Source: Antechinus flavipes (Eukaryota). From it: DNA of 64,000 bases. The stretch covers positions 257,052,001 through 257,116,000 of the forward strand of contig NC_067403.1 of the NCBI RefSeq assembly GCF_016432865.1. The letters run 5' to 3'. Of the stretch, positions 13,006-25,619 are shown one piece after another; positions within the stretch are counted from its first letter, which is position 1; every line of letters starts with the position of its first letter. The translations under genes and the position numbers were made by a program. Below the pieces are notes generated by a model. The model saw nothing but the letters and a program-made list of their open reading frames with translations. It was not told the DNA's origin and searched no databases.

Positions 13006-15396
13006 GGAGAGACGCTGTGACTCAGGGTGCTAAGGCCGGGGAGACGGTCTGCAGTGATTCATTCAGGGTCACCCAGCCAGGGTCAGGCCCGGCCTCCGTC
13101 ACGGCTCCTGCCGCTCATGGAGAGGGGATGACCCACGTCCCTTTTGATGATGTCACCAGGAAATGTCCACACTAAAATGTGCTGAGAACACTGACCTGAG
13201 GAAGAACACGGTTGTCATGACAAAAAAAAGGGGGGGGGAAGCAGAGTTGACCCTCGTCACACAGGGAGGGCGTCGCGGGGCCCCACCGACTCCCCCAAAG
13301 CTTCCTGGGGCCCCAGCCGCCCCCCATCCGGCTCTCTCCCCATCGTGTCTCCCCGCCTCTGGCCCAGGCACCGCGGCCAAGGGCCTGCCCGCCCTCTGCT
13401 CAAAGGCCGTCAAGCTTCTCATCACCTCTAGAGGGAACGGCCCAAAGAAAGGGCAGAGCCTACGAACGGGCAGCTTGGGCGAGAGTCACAGGACAAGAGC
13501 TGATCGCTGATGGGAGCTAGGAGTTAAACTCTGCCCCGCCCCTCATCAGACTGGCTAAAAGGACAGACCAGGAAAAGGCCGAGGGACGGGCAAAGCTTGG
13601 GCTCCTCGTGCCCTCCCGGGGTGGGTCGGGAACCTTCTGGAACAGTGGCCCCCCACACCCCGAGGTCAGGCCCCAGAGGAGCACGACCATTCGGGGCAGC
13701 GCCTTTTGGGCGGAGAGTGGTCCTTGTGGGGAAGCCGGGCGCGCTGGGATGAATCGTGGGCCGGGACTACGGACGACGGGTCCAGAAACAGCGCGGAAGA
13801 AGTCGCAGGGCTGACGCCAAGCAGAGCGGGCTGAGCCCGAGCCCCCCCAGCGACCGGCCGAGTGCTCCGTGGGACGGGCGGCCCCCATGGAGGAGCCCTG
13901 AGCGCAGAGAGAAGCGACCGCTTTCCTCCGCTTCCTCTCTGCAGCCTGGCTACCAGGGAAGCGTCGTGCTCGGCCCCGCAGGGACGGTCCGGCTCGTTCC
14001 CCTCTCCATGGAAGGAGGAAGAAAAGTCCAAACTCAAAAAAAGCCTTAAGTGAATGTTCAAACTCATTTTTGAAGAACATCATGGAGCCCAAACCCCTTC
14101 ATCCAAGGCCTCAGACACCCGACAGAGACCCTTCTCCTGGCGTTCTCTCCCGGCCGCCCCCCGGAGGCAAGGCCGGTGCCGGGAGCCAGAGGGAGCTCTT
14201 CCCAACAAGTGCCCCACGCGGGGACGGCAGCAGCCTCCGGTCTCCGGGCCTCCGCCCCTGAGCTTGATGCCGATTGTCCACCTGTGTCCTCGCCCTGGCG
14301 TCCGTCCCCGGACCCTCCGAGAAGCTCTGGGGGTCCCTGCAGGGAGCTCGGGGCCTTCCACGTGGGAGGCTTTAAATAAACACATTGAATGAAAAAGAAG
14401 CCAGCCTGCTGCCAGCTGGTGCCCAGCCCAACGCCCCGTCCCTCCGTCAGTGGTGGGCCAGGGACCAGAGGCCCCTTTCTGGTGCAAAGGGCACCAGCGT
14501 GGCAGGGAGGGGAGAATGGAAGTCAGAAGAGGCAGCGAGGGACAATGGAAATACCACTGTCGTTCCTATCTTTGTAGTAGTAATGGCCTTTCTGGGCCCC
14601 AGCTTCCTCATCTGTAAAATGGGTTCAAACCTTCTCTGGGCATTTCCTTTGACTAACCAAGTCACTGACTCTGGGCCTCAGTTTTCCCATCTGTACACCA
14701 GAGGTCAGAACGCCGTCATCCTCCACCTTGAAGGACATTAGAGGTCGGGGGAGAAGCTGCACCTTTCAAGGGCTACACGAAGGTAAGCCGTTGTTGCCGA
14801 CATTCCTCAGCCCTCCCGCTGACCTCGGACGCCCAAAGAATCTTGGGAGTTTGGGTAACAGGAAACAGCCCTTGGGGTCTGGGGACCTGTTTTTCTGAAC
14901 CATTATCTAAAGAAAAAAAGGGGCGATTCCAATTTCGAATCCTGCAAAGGCCCGGAGCGGAAGGAGCCAGGTCTGGGGGGAGGGGGCGCGGGCTGCCTCA
15001 TCAGCTGTACTGCAGGCCCAGATGTGCCTCTGGGACGCTGCTAAAGGCCGGGGCTGTTCCCGTTCAGACCCCGGGCGACAAGTGCCCACTCTCTGCTGGC
15101 ACGCTTCTAGGCATGGCAGAGAGCAAAACCCGGCCTCGGAGTTCACGTTCTGTCCCAGCAAACAGCGCACGTCGAAAAAAGCAAAATACGGAGAAACGAA
15201 GCTTGGGGAGCACCGTGGGGAGCACCGTCGGCCGCCCGGTCGGGCTGGGGAGCCCTGCCCCCGCCCCACTCCTTCCGTCCCTGCCAGCCTCCTGGCCCGC
15301 CCTACACCTGGGAGCATCTTCCCTGGCGGGAAGCCTTCCCTTCCCATCTCACTAAACCCCATCTCTGCAGGGGGCCTTGCTCAGTCTCCAGCAGTA

Positions 15397-15440
15397 GCTG
15401 CTGCTGCTCCTCCTCCTCCTCCTCCTCCTCCTCCTCCTCT
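15397..15440. repeat. (CTG)n(CCT)n compound trinucleotide repeat in a CpG-rich patch, possibly an alternative first exon of the minus-strand gene
   Basis: Direct run. Octamer-like TTTGCAT nearby (~15474) and a possible minus-strand donor A|GTGAGA near 15350. Confidence 0.6.
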
Positions 15441-17499
15441 TCCCCTCCCCCAGATTTATCTCTCTCCAGCTAGTTTGCATATATCGCTGTTTCCTCTTCA
15501 ACTCCAAACCCCGGGAGGTCTTCCTCTTGTGCTGAGGGGGCCCAGCCCCCAGCCCAGCCACGCGGGGGGGAGAAGCTTGGGACGAGAGCGGGGCAGGGGC
15601 CAAGGCCTCTGGGGACCCAGCAGAAGACTCTATTTGCTCTTAGAGACATTAGGAAACCAGAGAATTTTCCTGGGAAGGTGATGGGACAATGGATTGGGAA
15701 GGACGGACGGGATCCCAGCAGCCACTGCGGTCGGCCAGTGTGCCCCGGGCGAGGGCCACTGGGGGCGGGGGGGGACGTCACAGTGGAAATGGGAGAGACT
15801 AGAGACTGGGGATAAGGGCGAGATGGTGAAGACCAGAACCCAGCGCCTACGTTCTAGATCTGGGAGACTGCCAAGATGGTGGTGACAGGAGAATCAGAGA
15901 GAGGTGAGGGCTTGAGTACGAAACCGAAACCCCGTTTTGCCATGAAGAGTTTGGGGCCGGCCCAGAGGCCGGCGGAGGTCAGAAGGGAGCTCGGCTGGGA
16001 ATCATCAGCCCAGGCCAGACCAGACGGGGTCCACGGGATGGCGGAGTAAAGAGGGAGCCGAGGGCCTGGGGGCGCTGCCAGCCGGAGGCAGGGGGAGAGG
16101 AGGCGGGAGGGACGATGGGGTCATTTAGGAGGTAGAGACCAGGGCCACCTTGGGAGAAGCTTCGGCTCTAAAGGCCAGCCTCCAATGCCCGGCCCAGGGC
16201 TTTGTCATGACCCCTTAAGGGCCAGGAGGGCCCAATCAGAACCAGGGGTCTGCGGGAGCCAGGCCGAGAAGGCAGGTGAGAGAAACCTGACAGGATAATG
16301 GGACCCACAACTCCTCAGGCCCAGGGCCTTCCCCCGGCAATGGCTGGGCCCAAACCAGCTGAACTGCTCCCCGCCTCAGACTCCCCATCTGTAAAATGGG
16401 GATTCAGCAGTTCTGTCCCAGCAGCCCAACCTTCTCCTGCTGCCTCCCCCAGCCCCCGACACCCCCGAAGTCATAACAGCCCCTTCGGCTCCAGCGAGGT
16501 GCTATTTGTTAGGGGCTGGGCTAAGAGGATGCCTCAGTGGGGCTCACAGTAGGTGCCTCATAATTGCTTCCTCCTTCTGAGTCATTCCCGGGGTCATTCA
16601 TTTCTTGGGGGGAGGGTGGGCCCCCCCTCCTGCCCCAGCCTAAGCTGCTGGGCCCGATCCAGACGCCCCGGAGTCCCCACCTCCAGGGCAGAACTGTCCC
16701 AGGGAGAGGGGCAAAGGCCAAGGTGCCGTGCCCGGGGGATGAACCCTTCCCTGGGGAGCCTGGCTCCCTGGGGTGCTGGTCCTGGGCCCCGAGGGCAGGC
16801 CCGGGAAGGAGCTGGGGGACGGCCAGCAGAGCACCTCCCTTAATGTGTGGTCTGAGGTCCAGGAAAGTGACTAAGGTCCAAGGTCACACTGCTGGGTGCA
16901 GTCCGGGATGACCACGGACTGTCCGTATGCTGCAGGCGCACAATTGCTGCACACTTTCCAAACTGAGAGCTCCCGGGGGAGGGGGGCCGTGCTGATTTTC
17001 CCTCTCTGTTCGCACTACGGGGAGAGCCGGCGCCTGGCACACAGCAGATACTCAGAAGGGGAGGAGGGTCAGGACCAGGGGAAGGCGAAGAGGGGGAAAG
17101 GGGAGGAGATGCAGCCCGGGACCAGAAAACCCATTAGTTAGGCGCCTTGGAGAGCAAAAGCCCAAGTTCCCCTCACTACAGATCCGGGAGAGGTGGGGGA
17201 GGGGCGGAGCCTCAGTCTCCCCCTCCTTCTTGGCTGCCGGAGGATGGGGGACACCCGGCAGAAAATGGGAATATGCGGGAAGGGGGGCCCTTGGGGCACC
17301 CGCGAGTGCCCTCGGCCCCTTCATTTTACAGAAGAGCAAACTAAGGCTCCAAGAAGTTAGGAAACGGATCGTCCGGGGTCTCAGAGAAAGGGGGCTTAAG
17401 GCTTCTCTCCGGGACTCAGTTTCCACACCTGTACAAATGGGGCGAGGAGGGGGGAAACTACCGAGTCCCCTCCGGGTGCACTGCACTCATTACACAGAA

Positions 17500-18500
17500 T
17501 GACAAACTTGAGAGGGTCGCGTCGGAGGATGAGGTGGCGCGGGGGGGGGGGGGAAGGGGGGGAGAAGACCCGGGGTCACGTGACGCTTGCGTGGGGGGGC
17601 GCGTCCCTGCCCCCGCCCGCCCCTTAGAGCCCCGCCGGGCCCGCGCCTCCACGCGCGTGTTACATAAACGTCCGCGCGCGCTCCCCTGAGGGCGGGGGCG
17701 GGGAGAGAAGGGAAGGAACGAAGAGGAGGAGGAGGAAGCTCAGGGCGCGGGACTCACCGCAGCCTCAGACCCAGATTCTGCCGCCTCCGCCGCTGCTGCC
17801 CCTCAGCCACTGCCACTGCCGCCGCCGCCTCCACTGACAGTTGCGCTGCAGCCCCGCGCAACCGAACTTGCTTCGGCTGCTGCCCCGCCCACCCGATGTC
17901 CATTGGGCGCCACTGCCCGGCCCCTCTTTCCATTGGCCATCTCTCCCCGTCACTCACCACTCCCTAGGCCAGCCCCTCCCCGCGCCCGCCTGTCAGTCAC
18001 TTTTAAGCCTTGGCGCCGCGCGCTCGCCCCGCCCCCGCGTCCCGAGCAGGCCCAGCCAATGGCCAGCACGACTTCTAGGGCCCGCCTCCTCCCGGCTCCC
18101 GCCCCTTTCCTCTGGCCCGGAGCTCCCACGTGGGCTGTCGAGCCCCCGGTCTTCGCCGGCCCGGGCGCCGCGATAGGCGGAAGCGGCTGGACTGAGGTTC
18201 GCAGTGATTGGTTGATTGAGGGGGTGGGACCCCCGGGTTCATTCATCTGAGCCGCACGTGTCATTTAAAACCGCAACCATAACAGGGCCCAGCTGGGCGG
18301 GGACAGCGGAAAGCCCCGGGCGGCCCCAAGGGAGCGGCCGAAAGGAGGAATCGGCGGGGACGGGGCGGGGCCCCGCGGCACAGCTTGGGAAGCTGGAAGT
18401 CTGAACAGGGGAGCGGGGACCTTTATCTCGCTTTACTGGGGGGAGACTGAGGCGCAGGGCAAAGGGAGAAATCACGCAGTCGGCAGCTGTCTCCTCCCCT
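17500..18500 (-). promoter_or_regulatory. CpG-island promoter of an unidentified minus-strand gene
   Basis: High CpG density, GC boxes, CCAAT boxes (~17900, ~18056, ~18208), CACGTG at 17577, 18127 and 18255, D-box-like GTTACATAA at 17659-17667. Confidence 0.8.
17758..17885 (-). other. Probable non-coding first exon (5' end approximate)
   Basis: GGC/GCA-rich 5' UTR-like sequence ending GCTGCG|GTGAGTC (donor = rc of ACTCAC 17752-17757), just downstream of a CCAAT + GC box. No ATG inside. Confidence 0.65.
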
Positions 18501-18857
18501 CTCCCCGTGTCAGTGCTTGGAGTTCGAATCCTCTGTGAAAATGAAAGGACCGGACCCGAAGCTCAGGGAGCTTCCTCCCAGACTCCCAGCCCATCCCTGG
18601 GTTCTTCCCGAGGAAAGGGCCCTCGAAGGCGTTATGCAAACCCACCTCCACACCTGGCCTTCCCTCCGCACCCTCCCCCTCTGGGAACCTCTTCACGCCT
18701 CGGACCCCTTTCTCCCCCCCCCCCTTTCCCCTCCCCTTCCTCTCTCCCTCCTCAGCCGATCTTGCTAGCCCGGGCTTGAAGGACCCTGCCTCCGATCTCC
18801 AGGGTGGGCAGAGCCGGGAATACGGCCAGCCTGTGCCCGGAGGGGCCGCGCTGGGGC

Positions 18858-19359
18858 TGTTGAGGTCTAGATTTGGGGACCTAAACGAGATTAGGGTTTA
18901 GTTGAGGTCTAGTGGCAGGTTTGGGGCACAGGGAGTCAAGCAAAGCTCCCCTGCAGCCCCCTTGGATTCGGCGCAAGGATACGGGGATTAAAGGGGTCTA
19001 GTACCGGCGAGTTCCCAATAAAAGCTTTATTGGCCGGAGAGCTAGACTGATAAAAGAGGTTTATTATTGGGTGATTAAAGTATAGGCGAAGGTGGAGATA
19101 AGGAGGGCACGGGCAGAGGGTCCTCACATGGCGGCATGTTTGGAACCTCTGCAAAGAGGGGGTCCCAGTGTCTCCCTTTTATAATAGGAGACTTAGCTCG
19201 CGGGGCTTCTGGGTGCAGCCCCAAAGTTGGCTCAGATCCCGGCGGGGCTGGGACAGGATCTTCTGTTGGAATTCAAAGGGACCAGGATGTGTGAGTTAAA
19301 GAGCAATTTACATTATTAACTAGGAGGGGCTGGGAATCGAGAAGGGAATCTTTCCCGCA
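18858..19359 (-). mobile_element. LTR-like element (ends approximate)
   Basis: On the minus strand: TATAAAAG (rc of 19176-19183) about 120 bp before AATAAA (rc of 19060-19065), TG...CA-type ends, lower GC than flanks. No TSD confirmed. Confidence 0.5.
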
Positions 19360-22300
19360 TCCGGGCCAGGGAAGTGAAAGCTCGGCCCGCAAGCCTCTAG
19401 CGGTACTTGAGCCACGTTTGTGGGCCTGAATTAGGTGGGGAATGAGGCTTTAGAGCAAGCCTGGAAGAGGCGGCCTCAGAAAATAGTTCCTGGGGGTCAC
19501 GGCCGCGGCCTCCATCTAGGGCCTTCCCCAAATCCTCTCTTGGCCTCCTTTTCACCTGCACCCCCCCTTGGGAAGAGGCAGAATTCATTTCCCGCCGGCG
19601 CTCCGTGGATGTGGATTGTACGGTCCCCCGTAGAATTGGTGGCGGCTGTCCCCACCCCCACCCCACCAATACACACCCTGTCTTATCTTCCCTCCCCCAC
19701 TCTCTCTCACCTCGGAACAAAAGGGCCTTTGGCCTTTTTCCAAGCTTACCTGAAAACGCCGATCACTTTTCCCCAAGCATAGCTTTCTCTGAGATTGTCC
19801 AAACTTGCAAAATCTCCTCTGCTATTTTCCAGTTTTCCTGCCCGCTTTTCCCTCCTCTCCCTTCTCTAGAAAAACCCAAAGGAGAACAGCCCCGAGGCTG
19901 CCTCACCCCAGTCCCCCTAAATGCCCCAATAAATTCTCTTTCTGGGGGGTGGGGAGACTGCCTGAGCCTGAATTCTTTCAGAGACACCAAAATGTCCCAG
20001 ACCCCCGGCCCAGACCCCCCGGCCCAGGCGCTTATGGGACTTTGGGCATGTTGTTGTTCAGCTGTGATCCCATTAGGGGTTCTCTTGGCAAAGATACAGA
20101 TGAGAAAACTCGGGCCAACAGTTCCCAAGTGTCCGAGGCCGGATTTGACCCCCGACTCTGAGCCCCCTCTTTCCCTCAGCGGGAGGGGCGGGGCCGTCTG
20201 GTGCCCGTCTTTGTTTGGCCAGTGCCCGGCACAAGAAGGCACTTCAGTGCTTGTTGACGTGAATGAAGCTCTGTAAGGCTTGGCAGGCTTTTTAGCTCGG
20301 AACCTCTGGAAAGCCATGAGGAAAAGGCAGTGGAAGGAGGAAGGGAGAACAAAGGCGGGCCTGTGAGCTTCAGGGGGGCCGGAGGGGGGTCTCCGGCTGA
20401 CTCGGGAGGTCACCAGACTGTCAGGGACTTGCTGAGCTCACCTATTGCTGGGGAAGGAGAAATGGCGCCGGGGTGCCTGAGGCTGCTTCCCTCCCCTTCC
20501 CATTCTCCCTGCCCCTCTAGAGGGCCCAGTCAGCCTGGGGAGGAAGGGGCCTGGCCCTCCCGATGGACCCCCCGGACCCCCATCTCCCGGATCTGGCCTT
20601 TGTCAGTGCTTCTCCCCCAGCACTGGACAGAACCAGGCCTGGGAAAAGGAGGGGCTGGTACTGGGGTCCTCCATGAAGGACCTTTGAGGGGGGTCTCTTA
20701 CTCATTTTACAGAGGAGTAGACCGAGGCCGGGGACCACCCAGACTCCCCCAGTGTCCCCCAGGAGTCGGTAGCCCAGCCTCATGTTCCTCAGGAAGCCCT
20801 TGGCCAAACATCACAACTCTCAGGGGGCCCCTGCACGGGTCTCCTTGGGGAGATGGTGGGCTTGGGCCCCACTCACTGCTGCTGGGAACAGAAGAGCTGA
20901 GAATTGTGGGGATTCAGGTTTTCCTTGAATGTTTGACCTTAGGTTGGCAAGGTGAGTCACGGGGGAAGGGGGGGGCTGCTCCCCCTGAGATACGCTTCTG
21001 GAGGGGGCCTTTTTATGGGGGCATTTTACAGAGGAGCAAACCGAGACCCAGAAAGGCCAGGCCATTTGCTCAAGATCTCAGGTAGGCCTAAGAAAGCTGG
21101 AGTTGGAACCCGGGCCTCCCAGTGTGATTTTCATGTGCATGTTGTGAGGGGATGAGAAAAAAGTTTTTTTCTTTTTTTTTTTTCAACTATTCAGCAGCTC
21201 TCTATGGGGCCGAGAGCCCTGGCTGCCCGGGAAGCCCAGGCTGGTGAGGGGGGCTGCAGACAAGGCCCCTTTTCTTTCTCCTCCTGGCACACTGAGGTCG
21301 CAGCTCCCTTGGCCGGTCCCTCTGCCGTGGAATCGCTCTTGAGTCATTTGAAACACCCTTGGCAGGGAAGGCCGGGCCCTGGGGGACAGATGGAAGAACA
21401 GGGGGGCTTCAAACACTGCTCTAAGGGCCGCAGGGACGTGATGGGAGAGGGGGTGGGTCCCACTAACCCCAATGTGGATGACGGTGCCGGTCTGCTTCCT
21501 GTCTGGGGAGCCAGAAGCTGATGGTGGCCAAAGGAGAAGGGCGAGTCTGGGACTCCTGGCTGGGCCAAGGGCGGGAGTTGTTTTGGTGGTTGCTCACTCC
21601 CCCGTTTGGCCCCGTTTGGGATTTTCTTGGCAAAGCTGGAGAGTTTCGCCTTTCCCTCCTCCGGCCCATTTTACAGATAGGAAACTGAGGCAAGAAGACC
21701 CCAAGTCACACAGGAGGAAGGCTCTGAGGGTGGACGTGGGCTCGGGAATGACCCTGCCACACTCTGCTAAAGGTGGAGCTTACATGGCCCCAGCCCCACA
21801 GTACTGTCTTTCTCTTCCAGGGGCCTCCCTGGGACAGAGGGACTTTTCCCAAGGAAAAACCCCACCCGGTTTTCTTGCTTTGCCCAATTCTCCCAGATTT
21901 TTTTTCCTGTTCCTCCTTACCCACATCCCAGCTTCTTAACCCTTCCCCATCATAGGATGTGGTCTCTTAGCCGAACATGGGGGCGCAGAATGATTCTCCA
22001 TAAGTGTTTTCTGCTCGTGCTCGTTTTATGTACCATGTCCCGGGTCGGGCACGAGCTTCTTGGGAGAAAGTGGGTGGGAAGCTCGGCCTGTGTCTCGGGG
22101 CAGCAGCTCAGAGTCCGAGGCCCGAGGGACAGAAGGGAGGGATCGAAGGCTTAGGCCCAGAGCCGCGGAGCAGGGACTTAAGTCTGGGAGCCCATGGCCC
22201 AGCGCTGCCCCAAACACTAATGCGAGCGGGGGCGCCGGGGCCCATGGGAAGGCAGGGCTGGGCTCTCCGTCCAGCTCCGTTCCACCAACTGGGCCAGTGT

Positions 22301-23158
22301 CTGTACGGGGGGCTGGAGGTACAACAGCCCCCGTCCTCGAGGGGTTTCTGTTCCGCCCGGATCCTCTTACAATTAGTATAGTCAGCAGAGGGCAAGGAAA
22401 ACTTTTTGGCGGGAAGGAGCCCGGGCACCTACTATGTGCCAAGGGCTGCTCTAGTTACTGGGCTAGGCTGGAGCTGGAGGTGAGAATAGAAAGCAGAGAA
22501 GAAAGGCCTCGGGTCATGGTCTGCCATCCCAGTGCCGGCCCTGGCAGGTCCCTGGCGACTTCCCTTGGTTTGTGGATGGAGGCTGAACAGGAGGCCCAGG
22601 CTCGGACCTCAGCGTCCCCCCCCCAGCCCCCAGCCCTTTTCCCCTCCTTCCACTCCAGCCTGTCAGCTGCTCAGGAACCCGGCTTCAGTCACGGGGCTGG
22701 CAGTGTTACAAATACAGCTAATCTCGGGCCAAGGCACAGTCAGGAGGAGCTGGGGAGGGGCAGAGGGCTGAGGAAGTGCCCCATGGGGGAGGTCGGGCCA
22801 GGAGGGTACTGGTGCCCCCCAGCAGCTTCCTGGGCCAGGCAGGTCCTAGATCGACCCCCCCCTCCTCAGAACAGCCCAGGATCCGGGGGCCCAACCTGGG
22901 AGCCCCCCTTCAAGCGCCTCTCGGACCCCTGGCTCAGGTCTACTCTAAGATTAGATCTGAAAAGGACACACTAGTCTGATCTTCTGGCCGTACAGGTCAG
23001 AAAGCCACAGACCCACAAAAGCAAAGGACACATCCAAGGTCACCTGAGTATTCACTGACGGAGCTGGGATGTGACCCTGGTCATTTCAGCAAGTAGCCAG
23101 CCCCCCTCCTCCTCCCTGTCTCCCCACTTCTCCCAATCCCTTCCCTTTCCTCTCCACT

Positions 23159-23643
23159 NNNNNNNNNNNNNNNNNNNNNNNNNNNNNNNNNNNNNNNNNN
23201 NNNNNNNNNNNNNNNNNNNNNNNNNNNNNNNNNNNNNNNNNNNNNNNNNNNNNNNNNNNNNNNNNNNNNNNNNNNNNNNNNNNNNNNNNNNNNNNCCCAT
23301 TTCTGTCTCTCTGTCTCTCTCTCTGTCCCTCCCCTCCCATTTCTCTCTGTCTCTCTGTCTCTGTTTCTCTGTTTCTGTCTCTATTTCTCTGTCTCTCTCT
23401 GTCCCTCCCCTCCTCTCCCCTCCCATTTCTGTCTTTCTGTCTCTCTCTCTCTGTCTCTGTTTCTCTGTCTCCCTCTGTCCTTTCCCTCCTATTTTCTGTC
23501 TCTCTCTGTCCTGCTCGTCCCATTTCTGTCTCTCTCTGTCTCTCTGTCTCTGTCCTTCCTGTCCCAATTCTGTCTCTCTGTCTCTGTCTCTATTTCTCTG
23601 TCTCTCTCTGTCCCTCCCCTCCCATTTCTCTCTGTCTCTCTGA
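23159..23643. repeat. 137-N gap or mask (23159-23295) within a (TCTCTG)n pyrimidine-rich tract
   Basis: Direct reading. Confidence 0.9.
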
Positions 23644-25619
23644 TAAAGCAGCATCCAGGTTTCCACTCTACCCGGAGCCCATTCATAGGACCTTTTGCCC
23701 AGGGCATGGTGCTGCTCAAAGAGCATGTGGGTGATTCCATACACAGTACAAGAGAGTAGTGAAAGTGTTGCCTTGCAGTCAGCTCAGCGATCTGCTGCTT
23801 CCTTCCTGGGCCCCTGGCCAAGTTATCGAAGCTCTCTGGACCTCGGTTTCTTCTTCGCCAAAAAGGCGTAGGAGAGCCGATGGCCGAGCTTCCTCCCGGT
23901 TCTGTCCTGGCTGGCTTCCCCCTCCTCATGACATGGCATTCCTGTTACACATGTATTTCCACACCTTGCCTTGCCTCTGCTGTCCTTCCAGACTTGGAAA
24001 TTTGGGCCTTGGGGCTGTCCTGCTGAGTGAAATGGCTGATTGATTAACTTCCCTGGCCTGTTTGTCCTGTTGGACCTAGAGCTGGGACTGGAGAAGGTAG
24101 ATTCCTCTGGTAGGAAAGTATAGTGATCATCCCCATTGGGTATAAAGAGTCCAGTCTATAGTTTATAGCCCAGAATCTGGCAACTCAGAGACTTCGGAGC
24201 CCATCTAGCACAACAACATTTTCTCAAAGCCCTGTTAAGGGGAGCTGTGAAGCAAAAGAGCTCACCAATGCTTTGGAGTAGAAGAAGAAAGGTTTTGCCC
24301 AATAGGACCAGAAGGGAAGGGCAAACAGAGACACCGCTTTATGTGTGCAGATCGTGCCTCAGAGGACCCAGGATATCAAGATCTGTGATCTAGAGTTGCA
24401 AGTCATCCTGGGTACAACCAGGAAACCTGGATTTCCCCACTCATTGAACTCCTCGCAAACGCCTGAAAGTGTGTGTCCATTTTGATTGATTATTATTACT
24501 TTGCCTTAGCAGTTAAATGATTTATGTTTAAGAAACAATCATATAACCAAAAAATGCATAAAATATCTGAGAATGGCCATACGCAAATGCACTTGTAGAG
24601 ATTCAGTCACAAAGTTCTTAAAGAAATAAATACCTGGAGAAATATTAAATGTCCATGGATAGGCTGTACCAATATAACAAAATTAAGAAAACTATACTTT
24701 ATTCATTTATACTTTTAATGACATATAAATGAGGATCAGGAGCTGCAGTGATGAGAGTAAGAATGTTTGCTTCCCATACTGGAGTGACTTCCTTGGGCTA
24801 TTAGAAAAAGCTTGAGTGGTGACCAGACGGATGTGGATATGGTGGGCCTCAATCTGGGGAGTCAGGGGGTCACAGACCTGTCAGTTTGAGTATAAATTGA
24901 GATAAACAAACAAGCAGCAAGAAAGACACAGAGAGAAGACTGGAGAGAAATAGACAGCCTAGAACAGATGATGGGATGGAGATGGTGGATCTAGAGCGTC
25001 AAGGTATCATACCTCCATCTGTATCTAGTTTGTCCTCCCCTAATTCTGTTCTAGTTCTAGGTCTGACTAGAACAAATCTAACCGCTATTTAATAGAAAAA
25101 CCTTGACGTACCAGGACCCATCTATTATGTTCTTCCAAATCTGAGCTTTTCCAGGCTAACCGTCCCCATGTCCTTCAACCAGTCCTCAGAAGAATAACTT
25201 TGCTGGCAGCTCAGGTCACTCCACGGAAAGGTCTCGAGCTGACAAAGGACCACGGATGACAGCTCTTCATTCAAATCTACTTAATTGTCCTATTGTCTAG
25301 GCCACATCTCTCTGTCTTTTCCCCAACAATAGCATGAGACTTTGCCAGTCTAGGTAAACGAAGCTAATGAATAGTCATAAGAGGCATGAATTAGGATATG
25401 CGATAGTCGTTAATATAACAAATCCCAAGACACAAAGGGAGACTTATATGAATTGATACAGGACAAAGAAAACAGAACCAGAAGAACAAGGTTCAAAATG
25501 GCGATAAGACCGTAAACAAACACGGCGCTACAAGAGACAATTGACCTCTCAGATCAGGTAAAGGGATTTGAAAAGAGCTGGAGATTCCAGGAAGAAGAGA
25601 GGAGGAACTACAGCCTTTG

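Noticed and set aside
13145-13199. Box C/D snoRNA (TGATGA...CTGA...CTGA) on the plus strand
   Set aside because: Only ~55 nt, poor terminal stem, no recognisable guide, and antisense to the apparent host gene. The same sequence may instead be a minus-strand exon (acceptor at 13196-13197), which I could not support further.
1-17757. PHF6 or HPRT1 as the minus-strand gene (which would support an Rsx locus)
   Set aside because: No exon encoding the PHF6 N-terminus (QRKCGFCK) or any HPRT1 peptide was found, and I did not spot miR-106a-363 cluster sequences. The gene remains unidentified.
22060-22974. 304-aa ORF and other long GC-rich ORFs (e.g. 4698-5483, 20330-21085, 30830-31690)
   Set aside because: Low-complexity G/P/R/S composition, overlapping ORFs on both strands, and no domain or splice support; expected by chance in GC-rich DNA.
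12525-23643. Functional symmetry of the (GAGACA)n tract at 12.5-13.0 kb and the (TCTCTG)n tract at 23.3-23.6 kb around the promoter
   Set aside because: A common simple-repeat class; the roughly symmetric spacing is plausible by chance and one tract is partly N.
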